From an uncultured Clostridia bacterium (GTDB lineage: Bacteria; Bacillota; Clostridia; Christensenellales; Borkfalkiaceae): 64,000 nt of DNA. Positions 1-10,861 of the stretch are shown here, one piece after another. A model generated the notes under the pieces. It was not told where the DNA came from, made no database searches, and saw only the letters and a list, made by a program, of their open reading frames with translations. The stretch lies in the NCBI GenBank assembly GCA_946055105.1, contig CAMGEK010000001.1:414-64413 (forward strand). Reading direction: 5' to 3'. How positions within the stretch are numbered: the first letter of the stretch is position 1; every line of letters starts with the position of its first letter. The translations under genes were made by a program, and so were the position numbers.

Positions 1-1184
1 AGATCGCGCCCGAACTGTTCGGGGAAGAGGAGATCGATTGCGCGGGAATGACGGTCTTTCCGGGACTGATCGATATGCACGTCCATCTGCGCGAGCCCGG
101 TTTCGAGAAAAAAGAGGATATTGCGAGCGGTTGCGCCGCGGCGGTCAAAGGCGGCTTCACGCAGATCTGTTGCATGCCGAACACCAACCCCGTGACTGAT
201 AACAAAGTGGTGGTGTCCTATATTCTTTCGCGGGCGAAAGAAGTAGGTCTTTGCAAAGTGCGTCCCGTCGGGGCGATCACCAAGGGACAGGAAGGAAAGG
301 AGCTCGCGGCGATCGGCGCGATGAAAGCCGCGGGAGCGGTCGCGTTGTCCGAGGACGGCAGGACGGTCGAAAACGCGAAGATCATGGCGCTTGCGATGCA
401 GTACGCGTCCGATTTCGGCTTGATCTGCCTCTGCCATTGCGAGGACAAAGCGCTCGTGGACGGCGGCGTGGTGAACGAGGGATACTATTCCACGCTCACG
501 GGCTTAAAGGGCAGCATCCGCGCGGCGGAGGACGCGATCGTTGCGCGCGAGATCTGTCTTTCCGAGAGCCTCGGAATCCCCGTTCATATCTGTCACGTGT
601 CGACGTACAGCGGAATCGAACTCATCCGTTCCGCGAAATCGCGCGGCGTAAAGGTGACGGCGGAGAGCTGTCCGCACTATTTTACGCTCACGGACGAGGC
701 GATCGCGGGATTCGACACGAACACAAAAGTCAATCCTCCCATTCGGGAAGAGCGCGACAGGGCGGCGGTCGTCGAAGGACTGCGCGACGGTACGATCGAC
801 TGTATCGTGACCGATCACGCGCCCCATCATGCGGACGATAAAAACGTGGAATACAACCTCGCCGCGTTCGGGATCAGCGGTATCGAGACTTCGTTCGCGC
901 TCTCCTATACGCAGCTTGTGAAAGGCGGGGTTCTGACGCTTCCGGAGCTTGCGGACAGAATGAGCCGCAATCCCGCGCGGATTCTCGGTCTGGAAGGCGG
1001 GGAAATCGCGGTCGGCAAACGCGCCGATCTTACGGTCGTCGACCTGAAAAAGGAATGGACGATCGATCCCGCGGAGTTCGTTTCCAAAGGAAAAAACACG
1101 CCGTTTACGGGCAGAAAGGTAAGCGGGCGCGTGAAATACACCGTCGTGGACGGAACAATCAGATACGAGGAGAAAGAAGCGTGA
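1..1184 (+). CDS. pyrC: dihydroorotase, 5' end cut by the window edge
   Basis: The frame is open from nt 3 (IAPELFGEEEIDCAGMTVFPGLIDMHVHLREPG). It has the HxH metal motif and a DHAPH motif near the C-terminus. It is first in a pyrC-F-K-D-E gene order. Confidence 0.9.
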   Translation, partial: IAPELFGEEEIDCAGMTVFPGLIDMHVHLREPGFEKKEDIASGCAAAVKGGFTQICCMPNTNPVTDNKVVVSYILSRAKEVGLCKVRPVGAITKGQEGKELAAIGAMKAAGAVALSEDGRTVENAKIMALAMQYASDFGLICLCHCEDKALVDGGVVNEGYYSTLTGLKGSIRAAEDAIVAREICLSESLGIPVHICHVSTYSGIELIRSAKSRGVKVTAESCPHYFTLTDEAIAGFDTNTKVNPPIREERDRAAVVEGLRDGTIDCIVTDHAPHHADDKNVEYNLAAFGISGIETSFALSYTQLVKGGVLTLPELADRMSRNPARILGLEGGEIAVGKRADLTVVDLKKEWTIDPAEFVSKGKNTPFTGRKVSGRVKYTVVDGTIRYEEKEA

Positions 1185-2092
1185 TCATCGACAGACTGAC
1201 AGAAAAAATCATCGCCATGCAGAACCCGACCGCGGTCGGCTTGGATACGTCGTTCGACTATCTGCCCGACGAGATGCGGGCGGGAGTGCGCGACTTGAAG
1301 GGGATTGCGGACGCGATCCTGACGTTCAACCGCAGACTCATCGACGCGGTGTGCGACGTCGTGCCCGCCGTAAAAGTGCAGATTGCCTATTACGAGGCGT
1401 ACGGAGCGGAGGGACTGCGCGCGTTCCGCGAGACGCTCGTCTACGCAAAGAGCAAGGGGCTGTTCGTCATTACGGACGCGAAGCGCAACGACATCGGCGC
1501 GACGGCGTCGCGTTATTCGGCGGCGTTCCTCGGCGAGACGGAGACGGGCGCAGGCGCGGAAGAGGCGTTTCCCTCGGACATGCTGACCGTCAACGGCTAT
1601 CTCGGTTCGGACGGGATTCTTCCCTTTACCGAGGAATGTAAAAAGCGCGGAAAGGGAATCTTCGTTCTGGTCAAGACGAGCAATCCCTCTTCGGGCGAAT
1701 TACAGAATCTCAGACTTTCCGACGGGCGTACCGTGTACGAGTGCATGGGCGACATGGTCGAGGCATGGGGCGCGGATACGGTCGGGGAATACGGGTATTC
1801 GGCGGTCGGCGCGGTCGTGGGCGCGACCTATCCCGAAGAGGCGAAAATTCTGCGCGAGCGGCTCGGTCATACGTTCTTCCTCATTCCCGGCTACGGCGCG
1901 CAGGGCGGCAAGGCGGAGATGCTGAAAAACTGTTTCGACGGTCGCGGTCTGGGCGGTATCGTCAACAATTCGCGGGGAATCCTCTGCGCCTACCGCAAGA
2001 CGGGCGGCGCATTCGACGAGGCGGCGCGGCAGGCGTGTCTCGATATGAAAGCGGATCTGCTGTCCGTATTGGGGGAGATATGCGCGAAGTAA
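1181..2092 (+). CDS. pyrF: orotidine 5'-phosphate decarboxylase (long type)
   Basis: GTG at 1181 overlaps the pyrC stop (GTGA). The product starts MIIDRLTEKIIAMQNPTAVGLD and contains the ITDAKRNDIG motif. The pyr operon context agrees. Confidence 0.85.
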   Translation: MIIDRLTEKIIAMQNPTAVGLDTSFDYLPDEMRAGVRDLKGIADAILTFNRRLIDAVCDVVPAVKVQIAYYEAYGAEGLRAFRETLVYAKSKGLFVITDAKRNDIGATASRYSAAFLGETETGAGAEEAFPSDMLTVNGYLGSDGILPFTEECKKRGKGIFVLVKTSNPSSGELQNLRLSDGRTVYECMGDMVEAWGADTVGEYGYSAVGAVVGATYPEEAKILRERLGHTFFLIPGYGAQGGKAEMLKNCFDGRGLGGIVNNSRGILCAYRKTGGAFDEAARQACLDMKADLLSVLGEICAK

Positions 2093-2832
2093 CCGCTACC
2101 GTTTTGGAAAACAAACAGATCGCGGAATCGGTCTATTCGCTCACCTTTTATACGGAAGAGGAGTTTGAAATCCGTCCCGGGCAGTTCGTCATGGTGGGCG
2201 TCGGAGAGTATCCGCTTCGCCGTCCGTTTGCCGTCTGCATGGCGGAGGGAGACCGCGTGACGGTATGTTATCAGATCAAGGGCAGAGGAACGGCGTTTCT
2301 GGCGACGAACTATCGGGCGGGGGAGAAACTGTCCGTGCTGTTGCCGCTCGGAAACGGGTTCTTCGTGAAAGAAGAGGAGAAGAAAGTCGCGATCGTCGGC
2401 GGCGGCGTAGGCGTCTTTCCGCTGATCTCCGCGATCCGCGCCTATGCGAACGACAAGGAAATTTACGCCTATATGGGCTTCCGCAACAAGCGCGCGCTCT
2501 GCATGGAGTACGAAATGCAGCGGGGGAAGTCGCTCGTCGTGGCGACGGACGACGGAAGCTACGGCTTTCGGGGAACGGCGGTGAAGGCGTTTATGGAGGA
2601 CTTCGGGAAGATCCGTCCCGACGTCGTACTGTCCTGCGGTCCCGCGCCCATGCTCCGCGCGTTGAAAAACGCGACCGCGGGAACGGGCGTTCCCGTCTAC
2701 GTCTCTTTGGAGGAGCGAATGGGGTGCGGAATCGGCGCCTGCCTCGTCTGCGTGTGCAATCAGACGGGCGGCAGACACGCCCGCGTCTGTAAGGACGGAC
2801 CGGTGTTTGAGATCAACGAGGTGGAACTGTAA
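2080..2832 (+). CDS. pyrK: dihydroorotate dehydrogenase electron-transfer subunit
   Basis: ATG at 2080 gives MREVTATVLENK. It has a ferredoxin-reductase-like fold motif (RRPFAV) and a C-terminal Cys cluster CGIGACLVCVC..C. It lies directly upstream of pyrD with a 1-nt overlap. Confidence 0.85.
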   Translation: MREVTATVLENKQIAESVYSLTFYTEEEFEIRPGQFVMVGVGEYPLRRPFAVCMAEGDRVTVCYQIKGRGTAFLATNYRAGEKLSVLLPLGNGFFVKEEEKKVAIVGGGVGVFPLISAIRAYANDKEIYAYMGFRNKRALCMEYEMQRGKSLVVATDDGSYGFRGTAVKAFMEDFGKIRPDVVLSCGPAPMLRALKNATAGTGVPVYVSLEERMGCGIGACLVCVCNQTGGRHARVCKDGPVFEINEVEL

Positions 2833-3740
2833 TGGCGGATTTAAGGGTAAACTTATGCGGGATCGAATTGAAGAATCCCGTGATTCCCGCTTCGGGAACG
2901 TTCGGTTTCGGGCGGGAGTTCGATGAAATTTACGATATTTCCGCGCTCGGCGGCGTCGCGACGAAGGGGCTGACGCTCGAACCGCGTTCGGGGAACGGCG
3001 TTCCGCGCATCGCGGAGCGGCACGGCGTCATTCTCAACGCAGTGGGATTGCAGAATCCGGGCGTGGAGGCGTTTTTGAAAAACGATCTCGCATGGTTGAA
3101 ATCCAAAACGCGCGTTTTCGCCAACGTCGCGGGCAAGACGCTCGACGAATATGCGGAAATCTGCGCGCGGCTGGACGGGCTTGTGGATTTCGTGGAACTG
3201 AATATTTCCTGCCCCAACGTAAAGTGCGGCGGCATGGCGTTCGGAATCAGACCGGAAAGCATCCGCGAGGTCACGGCGGCGGCGAAGAGCAGCCTGAAAC
3301 GCACTCCGCTCATCGTAAAACTATCCCCGAACGTCGAAAGCATTCCCGCGAACGCGGCGGCGGCGCGCGAGGGCGGAGCGGACTGTCTTTCGCTCGTGAA
3401 TACGTTTACGGGGCTTGCGATCGACGTCGAACGCGGTCGTCCCGTTCTCGCGAACAACACGGGCGGCGTGTCGGGCGCGGGGATCAAGCCGATCGCCGTG
3501 CGCATGGTCTACGAAGCGGCGCACGCCGTCGATATTCCCGTCGTCGGAATGGGCGGAATCGCCTGCGCGGAGGACGCGATCGAATTTTTAATGGCGGGCG
3601 CGACGGCGGTTCAGGTCGGAACCGCGAACTTTACCGACACGCAGAGCTGTCCGAAGATCATAGCGGAGCTTTCCGATTGGTGCGACCGTCACGGCGTGAA
3701 GCGGGTGAGCGAACTGACGGGATCGTTGAAATTAAATTAA
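2832..3740 (+). CDS. pyrD: dihydroorotate dehydrogenase catalytic subunit, class 1B
   Basis: It has the motifs IPASGTFGFG, NISCPNVK and GGVSG. It is paired with pyrK. Confidence 0.9.
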   Translation: MADLRVNLCGIELKNPVIPASGTFGFGREFDEIYDISALGGVATKGLTLEPRSGNGVPRIAERHGVILNAVGLQNPGVEAFLKNDLAWLKSKTRVFANVAGKTLDEYAEICARLDGLVDFVELNISCPNVKCGGMAFGIRPESIREVTAAAKSSLKRTPLIVKLSPNVESIPANAAAAREGGADCLSLVNTFTGLAIDVERGRPVLANNTGGVSGAGIKPIAVRMVYEAAHAVDIPVVGMGGIACAEDAIEFLMAGATAVQVGTANFTDTQSCPKIIAELSDWCDRHGVKRVSELTGSLKLN

Positions 3741-3756
3741 GAAACGAGGTGAAAAG

Positions 3757-4425
3757 ATGGAAAATTTGACGTATCGGGAACAATTCATACGGTTCATGGT
3801 GGAAAACGGGGTGCTGTGCTTCGGGGAATTTACGCTGAAAAGCGGCAGAAAGGCGCCCTATTTCATCAATGCGGGAAAATACAGAACGGGCGCGCAGATC
3901 GCGAAATTGGGCGAATATTACGCCGCGTGCTATGCGGAAAACGGCGTGAACGCCGAGACGCTGGTCGGTCCCGCGTATAAAGGGATTCCGCTCGCCGTCG
4001 CGACGAGCATCGCGCTCGCGCAGAAATACGGTAAGAATCTCAATTTCTGTTTCGACCGCAAGGAGGCGAAAGATCACGGCGAGGGCGGTCTGTTCGTCGG
4101 AAAGACGCCGACGGACGGGGAGCGCGTGGCGATCATCGAGGACGTGATGACTTCGGGCAAAGCGCTCCGCGAGATTTTGCCCAAACTCAAAGCGGAGGCG
4201 GACGTGAAGGTGGAAGCGATGATCATTTCCGTCGACAGAATGGAGCGCGGGCTGGAAAGCGAAAAGAGCGCGGTGCGGGAGGCGTACGAAGAATTCGGCG
4301 TGAAGGTATATTCCATCGCGACCATCGAAGATATTATTGCGGCGATCGAAAAGGGCGTCATCGGAGGGAAAGAGCATCTCGACGCGATGAGAGCGTATCT
4401 CGACCGCTACGGCGCGCGCGGATAA
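3757..4425 (+). CDS. pyrE: orotate phosphoribosyltransferase
   Basis: It has the PRPP-binding loop VAIIEDVMTSGKA. It is the last gene of the pyr cluster. Confidence 0.9.
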   Translation: MENLTYREQFIRFMVENGVLCFGEFTLKSGRKAPYFINAGKYRTGAQIAKLGEYYAACYAENGVNAETLVGPAYKGIPLAVATSIALAQKYGKNLNFCFDRKEAKDHGEGGLFVGKTPTDGERVAIIEDVMTSGKALREILPKLKAEADVKVEAMIISVDRMERGLESEKSAVREAYEEFGVKVYSIATIEDIIAAIEKGVIGGKEHLDAMRAYLDRYGARG

Positions 4426-4502
4426 GCGCGTAACGGAACGCGCGGGAGCGTTTCCGCGGAGAAAAATTCATAATCGGGCGCGTGCGGACATACTTTAACG
4501 GT

Positions 4503-7133
4503 ATGGAACAATACGAACTGTCGAAATCACAGCTATTTGAAAAATTTTCCGCGCGCGCGGAAGGACTTACGTCGGAGGAAGCGGCGCGGCGGCTGCTCCG
4601 TTACGGCGCGAACCGAATCCGGGAACAGAAGAAAAAGAGCCTTGCAGCGCTCTTTTTTTCTCAGTTCAGGGATCTGATGACGATCATTCTCATCTGCGCC
4701 GCGTTTCTCTCCGCCGTGCTCGCGTTCTGCACGGGCGACAAGAGCCAGCTTGCGGACACGGCGATTCTGCTATTCGTGATCTTTCTCAACGCCGTCGTGG
4801 GCTTTTTACAGCAGTATCGCGCGGACGCGGCGATCGAAAAATTGCGCAGTTTATCCGTTTGCCGCGCGAAAGTCGTGCGCGACGGGCGCGTGACGGAAAT
4901 CGACGCCGAAGAGCTCGTTCCCGGCGACGTGGTGGAGATCGACGAGGGGGATATGATCCCCGCCGACTGTCGGATTTTAACCGCCGATCATTTCCGCGCG
5001 GACGAAAGCGCGCTGACGGGTGAATCGCATCCCGTCTCCAAATCGGACTGCGCGGTGCGCGTTTCGGCGCTCGCCGAACGGAAAAACACGGCGCATTTTT
5101 CGACGTTCTGCGTCGCGGGGCGGGCGCGCGGAATGGTCGTCGCGACCGGAATGGAGACGGAAATGGGAAAGATCGCGGGGCTTCTGGAACATTCGGAGCG
5201 CGTTCCTTCCACGCTCGACAGGACGGTCGCGAGGCTCGGAAAGCTCATCTCCGTCGTCGTTCTGACCGTCGCCGCCGTCCTCTTTCTCGGCGGACTGCTC
5301 TCCCGCAGATCGACCTTTCTGCAAAATCTGATGTCCGCGGTCGCCGTCGCGGTGGCGGCGATTCCCGAGGGCATGGGCGCGGTGGTGACGATTATTCTCG
5401 CCATGGGCGTACAGCGCATGTCCGCTTCCCGCGCGGTGATCAGAAAACTTTCCGCCGTGGAGACGCTCGGAAACTGTACCTGCATCTGTTCGGATAAGAC
5501 GGGCACGCTCACGCAGAACCGCATGACGGTGGAAGAGATCGCGACGGATTTTTCCGCCGCGGAAGAGCGTTACGAAGAGACGGCGACGCAACGGGAGATG
5601 CTGACCTGTTTTCGCGCCTGCAACACGGTCAAGGGCGTGCCGAACGCCTATCTCGGCGATCCGACGGAAATCGCGTTGGTGGAATACGCCGATCGCGCGC
5701 GTTTTTCCGTCGATCCGACGCCCGTGGACGGAATCGCGTTCTCTTCGGAGCGGAAGATGATGAGCGTCGCCGCAAAGACGGACGGAACGACGAAGCTCTA
5801 CGTCAAAGGCGGGTTGGAAGTCGTTCTGAAACGCTGTACGAAAATCTCTTCGCCGACGGGCGTGCGGACGATGACGAAAGCGGACGAAGAGGCGATCCGC
5901 AAACGGACGGGCGAGTACGCCTCCCGCGCCATGCGCGTTCTGGCGTTTGCCGTCGGGGAATACGCGGGCGGCGTGAAGGAAGAAGAACTGACCTTTCTCG
6001 GCGTCGCCGCCATGAGCGATCCGCCCAAAGAGGGCGCGCGGGAAGCGGTGGAAGCGTGCCGCCGCGCGGGAATCCGCACGGTCATGATCACGGGCGACAG
6101 CGCGGAGACGGCGTATGCCGTCGCGCGGAGACTCGGCGTCGCGGAGCGGCGGGAACAGGTTATAACGGGCGAAGAACTCGACCGCATGGGCGAAGAGCGG
6201 TATGCCCGCCGCGCGCTCGATTACACCGTCTATGCGCGCGTTTCGCCCAAGCACAAATCGGAGATCGTCCGTGCGTTGCAGGCGCGGGGCGAGGTGGTCG
6301 CCATGACGGGCGACGGCGTCAACGACGCGCCGTCCGTCCGCGCCGCGAATATCGGCGTTGCGATGGGTTCGGGAACGGACGTCACGAAAAACGCGGCGGA
6401 CATGGTCATCGCCGACGACGATTTCTCCACCATGGTGCGCGCCGTAGAGGAGGGGAGGAACGTCTTTTATAACGTAAAAAAGACGATTTCCTTCTTTCTT
6501 TCCACCAACCTTGCGGAAGTGCTCTCCGTGCTCTTCGTGACGCTCTTTCTCTGGAAGTACGATTTTCTGACTTCCACGCAGTTGTTATGGATCAATCTCA
6601 TCACCGATTCGTTGCCCGTTCTCGCGTTGGGCGTGGAGCGGACGGAAAACGTCATGAACCGACCGCCCGTCTCCGCGAACGAGATCTTCTGCAAACAATC
6701 GCTGTTGCGCATGGCGTTCTTCGGGCTCGTGCAGACTGCGATCGTCGTGGGGGTATTTCTGACCGCGTTGCGGTGTTGGGGGAACGCCGCGGCGAGCACG
6801 ATCGCCTTTTTCGTGCTCTCTTTTCTCGAACTGTTTCACGCGTTCAACGTGCGCACGGAAACGCGTCCGCTCGGTCTGAGGGGGCTGGTCTCCAACCGAA
6901 CGCTGCTGATCACCGTGGTCGCGGGCGTGGCGGTCAACGTACTGCTCGCGGTCGTACCCGCGCTGCGGGAGGCGTTTTCGCTCGTTCCGCTCGGCGGCGC
7001 GCAGTGGACGACCGTATTCCTGTCGTCGCTCGCGGTCGTTCCGATCGGAGAGCTCTACAAGGCGGTCTGCCGTATGCGGCGCGGCGTCAGAACGCGCGGA
7101 AAGCGTATCCCTGCCCGCGGAAATACGCGATAA
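4503..7133 (+). CDS. cation-transporting P-type ATPase, Ca2+ (P2A/YloB-like) type
   Basis: It has CSDKTGTLT (phosphorylation site), TGES, IPEG, MITGDS and [11 protein letters not shown] motifs, with about 10 predicted TM segments. Start is ATG 4503 (MEQYEL...), with an in-frame GTG at 4482 as the alternative. Confidence 0.9.
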   Translation: MEQYELSKSQLFEKFSARAEGLTSEEAARRLLRYGANRIREQKKKSLAALFFSQFRDLMTIILICAAFLSAVLAFCTGDKSQLADTAILLFVIFLNAVVGFLQQYRADAAIEKLRSLSVCRAKVVRDGRVTEIDAEELVPGDVVEIDEGDMIPADCRILTADHFRADESALTGESHPVSKSDCAVRVSALAERKNTAHFSTFCVAGRARGMVVATGMETEMGKIAGLLEHSERVPSTLDRTVARLGKLISVVVLTVAAVLFLGGLLSRRSTFLQNLMSAVAVAVAAIPEGMGAVVTIILAMGVQRMSASRAVIRKLSAVETLGNCTCICSDKTGTLTQNRMTVEEIATDFSAAEERYEETATQREMLTCFRACNTVKGVPNAYLGDPTEIALVEYADRARFSVDPTPVDGIAFSSERKMMSVAAKTDGTTKLYVKGGLEVVLKRCTKISSPTGVRTMTKADEEAIRKRTGEYASRAMRVLAFAVGEYAGGVKEEELTFLGVAAMSDPPKEGAREAVEACRRAGIRTVMITGDSAETAYAVARRLGVAERREQVITGEELDRMGEERYARRALDYTVYARVSPKHKSEIVRALQARGEVVAMTGDGVNDAPSVRAANIGVAMGSGTDVTKNAADMVIADDDFSTMVRAVEEGRNVFYNVKKTISFFLSTNLAEVLSVLFVTLFLWKYDFLTSTQLLWINLITDSLPVLALGVERTENVMNRPPVSANEIFCKQSLLRMAFFGLVQTAIVVGVFLTALRCWGNAAASTIAFFVLSFLELFHAFNVRTETRPLGLRGLVSNRTLLITVVAGVAVNVLLAVVPALREAFSLVPLGGAQWTTVFLSSLAVVPIGELYKAVCRMRRGVRTRGKRIPARGNTR

Positions 7134-7764
7134 TGCGCGGAAGCGCTTCCGCCGTCGCTTTGCGCGGCGCGGAGTCGTGGCAGAGCAGAACGACGACGGA
7201 CTTTCCTTCCGACGTTTTCACCGTACGTCGGAAGAGCGTTTCCGCGTCTGCGTTCGGAAACTCTTCGTCGCCGCAACAGGCGTTCCAATCCACGACGACG
7301 TAGCCCTTCGCTTCGACGAGCTCGCGCATGCGCGCGTGATCGCCGCCGCCCGGAAAACGATAGCAGTGCGGCGCGACGCCCGCGACGGTGCGGATGGTCT
7401 CCGCGCATTTTTCGAAGTCGTCGAGAAACGCCGCTTCGGACGCATAAATTTTCCCGTAATCGTGCGAAGCGGAATGAACGCCGATCGTATGCCCCTCTTC
7501 CGCAATGCGGCGGAGGGTTTCTTTTCTGGTCATGGCGCGGTCGCTCACGACGAAAAAGGTCGCTTTGACGCGTTCCTCGGCGAGCGTATCGAGAATACGG
7601 TTGGTCACGACGGTGCTCGGTCCGTCGTCGAAGGTGAGATAGACGGCTTTTTCTTCTTCCGCGAACGTGAACACGGGCGTCGCGGTCGCGCGGGCGCCGA
7701 TATGCGTGAGGAAGACGAGAAGCGCCGCGAAAAACACGGCGACGGGAATATATTTTTTCTGCAT
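7087..7764 (-). CDS. polysaccharide deacetylase (NodB homology domain), N-terminal signal/anchor
   Basis: It has the motifs YLTFDDGP and HSASH, plus the hydrophobic N-terminus MQKKYIPVAVFFAALLVFL. Start is taken at M22 of the ORF. The 3' end overlaps the convergent ATPase gene by 47 nt. Confidence 0.8.
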   Translation of the reverse strand: MQKKYIPVAVFFAALLVFLTHIGARATATPVFTFAEEEKAVYLTFDDGPSTVVTNRILDTLAEERVKATFFVVSDRAMTRKETLRRIAEEGHTIGVHSASHDYGKIYASEAAFLDDFEKCAETIRTVAGVAPHCYRFPGGGDHARMRELVEAKGYVVVDWNACCGDEEFPNADAETLFRRTVKTSEGKSVVVLLCHDSAPRKATAEALPRIIAYFRGQGYAFRAF

Positions 7765-7796
7765 AACCATAATTTGCCGAACTTTCCGAAATTTAT

Positions 7797-7825
7797 TTAC
7801 AAATCGGGAAAAGCGTGTTATAATC
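7797..7825 (+). promoter_or_regulatory. sigma-A type promoter for galM
   Basis: TTTACA (7797-7802), a 17-nt spacer, then TGtTATAAT (-10 at 7820-7825). It lies about 65 nt upstream of the galM ATG. Confidence 0.5.
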
Positions 7826-7892
7826 ATAGGGAAACGCGCGGAAACACCGTCGCGTCGGAGCGTCGGAGACCGACGGCTCGGGAGAAAGCAAT

Positions 7893-8927
7893 ATGATAAC
7901 GTATCAAACGTTCGGAAGAACGAAACAGGGCGAGGAAGTGCTGGCGTTTACGCTCGGCGACGGGGCGCGCAAGGCGGTGATTCTCAATTACGGCGGCAGA
8001 ATTCAATCGCTCGTCGTACCCGATCGGAACGGCAAACCGACGGACGTGGCGCTCGGCTACGGCGACGTGGCGGGATATGAGAACAACGGCGGGTATCTCG
8101 GCGCGCTCATCGGAAGATTCGGTAATCGGATCGGGGAAGGAAAGCTTGTGATCGACGGAGCGGAATACGCGCTCTATTGCAACGACCGCGGCAACCATCT
8201 TCACGGCGGCAAGAACGGATTCGACAAAAAAATCTGGGCGCACGAGATCAGGGGAGACGAGCTCGTTCTCTCGATTCTCTCTCCCGACGGAGAAGAGAAC
8301 TATCCCGGGAATCTGAACGTGAGCGTGACGTATGCGTTCCGCGACGGAGAACTGAAAATTTATTATCACGCAACGACCGACCGTAAGACGGCGGTCAATC
8401 TCACCAATCACGCCTATTTCAATCTCAACGGCGAGGGCGACGGCAGTATTCTCGACAACGTCATGCAGATCGACTGCGATTTTATCACGCCGACCAATCC
8501 GACTCTGATCCCCGTCGGCGGATTCCGCGCGGTGAAGGGCACGGCGTTCGATTTCAACGAGCCGAAAGCGATCGGGCGGGAGATCGACGCGGACGACGTC
8601 GATCTCAGACAGGGCAACGGGTACGATCATTGTCACGTTCTCAAAAAACGTTGCGGCGAATACGCGCGTTACGCGGTCGTCAGAAGCGAAAAGACGGGAA
8701 TTACGATGAGCTGTTATACCGATATGCCCGCGGTGCAGTTTTACGCGGGGAATTGTTTGGATCAGCAGGGAAAGACGGCGTATTACGGAAAACGCGCGGG
8801 ATTCTGTCTGGAAACGCAGGCGATTCCCAACAACGTCAACGTGCCCGAATACGCGGCGCTCGGCAGTTCGATTCTCGATCGCGGCGAAACGTACGATTTC
8901 ACCGCGGCATACCGCTTCGAGGCGTAA
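7893..8927 (+). CDS. galM: aldose 1-epimerase (galactose mutarotase)
   Basis: 344 aa. It has mutarotase-family signatures (GNRIGEGKLVIDG.EY.L..ND..NHLHGG..GFDK..W, TNHAYFNL, GFCLETQ). Confidence 0.85.
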   Translation: MITYQTFGRTKQGEEVLAFTLGDGARKAVILNYGGRIQSLVVPDRNGKPTDVALGYGDVAGYENNGGYLGALIGRFGNRIGEGKLVIDGAEYALYCNDRGNHLHGGKNGFDKKIWAHEIRGDELVLSILSPDGEENYPGNLNVSVTYAFRDGELKIYYHATTDRKTAVNLTNHAYFNLNGEGDGSILDNVMQIDCDFITPTNPTLIPVGGFRAVKGTAFDFNEPKAIGREIDADDVDLRQGNGYDHCHVLKKRCGEYARYAVVRSEKTGITMSCYTDMPAVQFYAGNCLDQQGKTAYYGKRAGFCLETQAIPNNVNVPEYAALGSSILDRGETYDFTAAYRFEA

Positions 8928-9136
8928 CATTTGTCCGCTCCGTCGGCGTTGGCGCGAACGATAGGTCGGCTTGCCGATTGATCGATCAATGTTATGATCC
9001 ATATGATTGAACGAGAGGAAGTGCAAAATACGCAAATCTCTCTACGAGAAAAGCCTTTTTTCAAGCAACGGGGAGCGGTTTATCAGAGTTTGTCGAGCAA
9101 GACTATTGTAATGATTTAGAAGAAGCGATAAAGATA

Positions 9137-9170
9137 AAGAAAACCACGGGTACAACCCGTGGTTTTCTTT
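9137..9170. terminator. bidirectional intrinsic terminator
   Basis: Hairpin AACCACGGG-tacaa-CCCGTGGTT is flanked by an A-run upstream and a T-run downstream. It sits between convergent galM and the membrane protein gene. Confidence 0.7.
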
Positions 9171-9234
9171 ATGCGTTTAGAACTTTAATAGAAAAATTCC
9201 TATAAAAAGAGCGGTTTTTTTGCGGAGCGGAAAG

Positions 9235-10830
9235 TCAACCTTTCTTGACGTCCGTTTTGTTGCTTTCTTCGTCCGCGTCGGTAGCCGCGACTTCCGCCGA
9301 AGCGGGAACCGCCTTCAATTCCGCCACGGGACCGAACACAAGCCCGTCGTAAACCGCGCTGCCGCCGCCGTTCTTGACCGCGCGAGCGGATTCTTCCGTG
9401 AGACCTTTCGCGAGGTTGGGTTTGAGCACGTACACGGCGATCTCGGCAATCAGCATGATGATCGTGCCGATACCGTAGGTGATGACCGCGCCTTTCAGAT
9501 CGGAAGGCATCGTGAGCTTGAACACGGAGCACATGATAAACGGAAGAATAAAGGAGAACATACCGACGATCGCGGAGACGATATGCGCGTCGGGCGTTGC
9601 CTTTTTGGTATTTCCGTCCATGCAGGCCGCGCGCGCCAGCATTTTGATCGCGTACGTGTAGACGAACAGATAGAAGATTTGCAGGATGGTTGCGGTCATC
9701 GAAACGATGGCTTGCGCCGCCATTACCTCCGCCGGGCTCTTGTATGATCCGCTGAGCGCGAGCTGGTTGTAAACGTCCGAGCTGTTGAAGAATCCCGCGA
9801 GGTCTGCATTCCCGACGGTGCAGGCGAACATGATCACGCCGATGATGCCGAGGACGGAGCCGCCCTGCAAAATATTCAGATACATGAACTCCTCTTTGGA
9901 GTGTTTCTGAATCCGCGTCACGACGAGGTTGATCGCAATGAGGATCACGGACAGAACGATCATGGTCGTCACCGAACCGGAAATCGTGGAGTTGGAATAG
10001 AACAGCGGCAGGATGAAGTAAACGGGCAACATCATCGCGCATTTCAGGAACTTATTGCAGGAAGGTCCGTAAACGTCTTGCGGCACGCGGATATGTACCA
10101 GCAGCGAGATAATCGCAAGGATTCCGCAAACGATAAACACGATCGGGCATACGACGAGCGCGATGATGAGAATCGCGAACGCATAGACCATGGTAAGCAG
10201 GGAAGCGAACGCGTTGCCCGACTGCGACGTGTCCATCGCGTTCAGATTGCTGGTCGCGGCACGGTAAACGTTCCATTGCAGGAAGTACGCCGTATCGATC
10301 GCGTCCTGCGAAACGAAGCTGAAATCCGTTTCTTCGAGTTTTTGCAGGGCTTCGAGCTTTGCGTCCATCGACGTCGATTCGCTGTTGATCTTTTGAATTC
10401 TGATCGAAGCGATAATCACTTTTATTGCGCCGGGGAAAGAGGTCAGAAATCCGAACGGCGAGGGTGAATAATCATATCCCTGATAGGAGACGGAAAGCAT
10501 TTCCTCAATGCTTCCTTCGTCCACCTCTTCCTCCTCCGCAAGCGCGGCGAGCGCGTCGTTATCCGATCCCGTCATCTCGCTCGCTGCGTCGAGCTTTTCC
10601 CGATATGCGTCAAATTGCTCGGTCAACGCCTCCGCGTTTTCGGGGTGAGCCGCCAATTGCTGCTCGTAGGCGGCGTCCAGAAAGTCCCCCATCGACGATT
10701 GGATCCCCGCATAGGGTTGCAGGTTGAGTCGGGCGAGCGGCGTAAGCGCGAGGATCATCATAATGACCGTCACTGCCACGCATGCGATCGTCTGAACCGT
10801 TCTCAGAAACCGTTTCGATATTCTGATCAT
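9235..10830 (-). CDS. multi-pass membrane protein of unknown function (531 aa)
   Basis: Start ATG 10830 is preceded by GGAGAAAGAAAC (SD). It has an N-terminal TM, an acidic coiled/soluble segment, then about 8 hydrophobic segments. The longer ORF extension to 11166 runs through CT-rich repeats and across the promoter, so it was rejected. I recognised no family. Confidence 0.6.
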   Translation of the reverse strand: MIRISKRFLRTVQTIACVAVTVIMMILALTPLARLNLQPYAGIQSSMGDFLDAAYEQQLAAHPENAEALTEQFDAYREKLDAASEMTGSDNDALAALAEEEEVDEGSIEEMLSVSYQGYDYSPSPFGFLTSFPGAIKVIIASIRIQKINSESTSMDAKLEALQKLEETDFSFVSQDAIDTAYFLQWNVYRAATSNLNAMDTSQSGNAFASLLTMVYAFAILIIALVVCPIVFIVCGILAIISLLVHIRVPQDVYGPSCNKFLKCAMMLPVYFILPLFYSNSTISGSVTTMIVLSVILIAINLVVTRIQKHSKEEFMYLNILQGGSVLGIIGVIMFACTVGNADLAGFFNSSDVYNQLALSGSYKSPAEVMAAQAIVSMTATILQIFYLFVYTYAIKMLARAACMDGNTKKATPDAHIVSAIVGMFSFILPFIMCSVFKLTMPSDLKGAVITYGIGTIIMLIAEIAVYVLKPNLAKGLTEESARAVKNGGGSAVYDGLVFGPVAELKAVPASAEVAATDADEESNKTDVKKG

Positions 10831-10861
10831 GTTTCTTTCTCCTTTTTTCATATTTTTTTTC

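Noticed and set aside
8994-9119. A 41-aa ORF (MIHMIEREEVQNTQISLREKPFFKQRGAVYQSLSSKTIVMI) in the AT-richer spacer after galM.
   Set aside because: It has no SD and no recognisable family. It lies just upstream of the bidirectional terminator (9137-9170), so it may be a gene fragment, but this cannot be supported.
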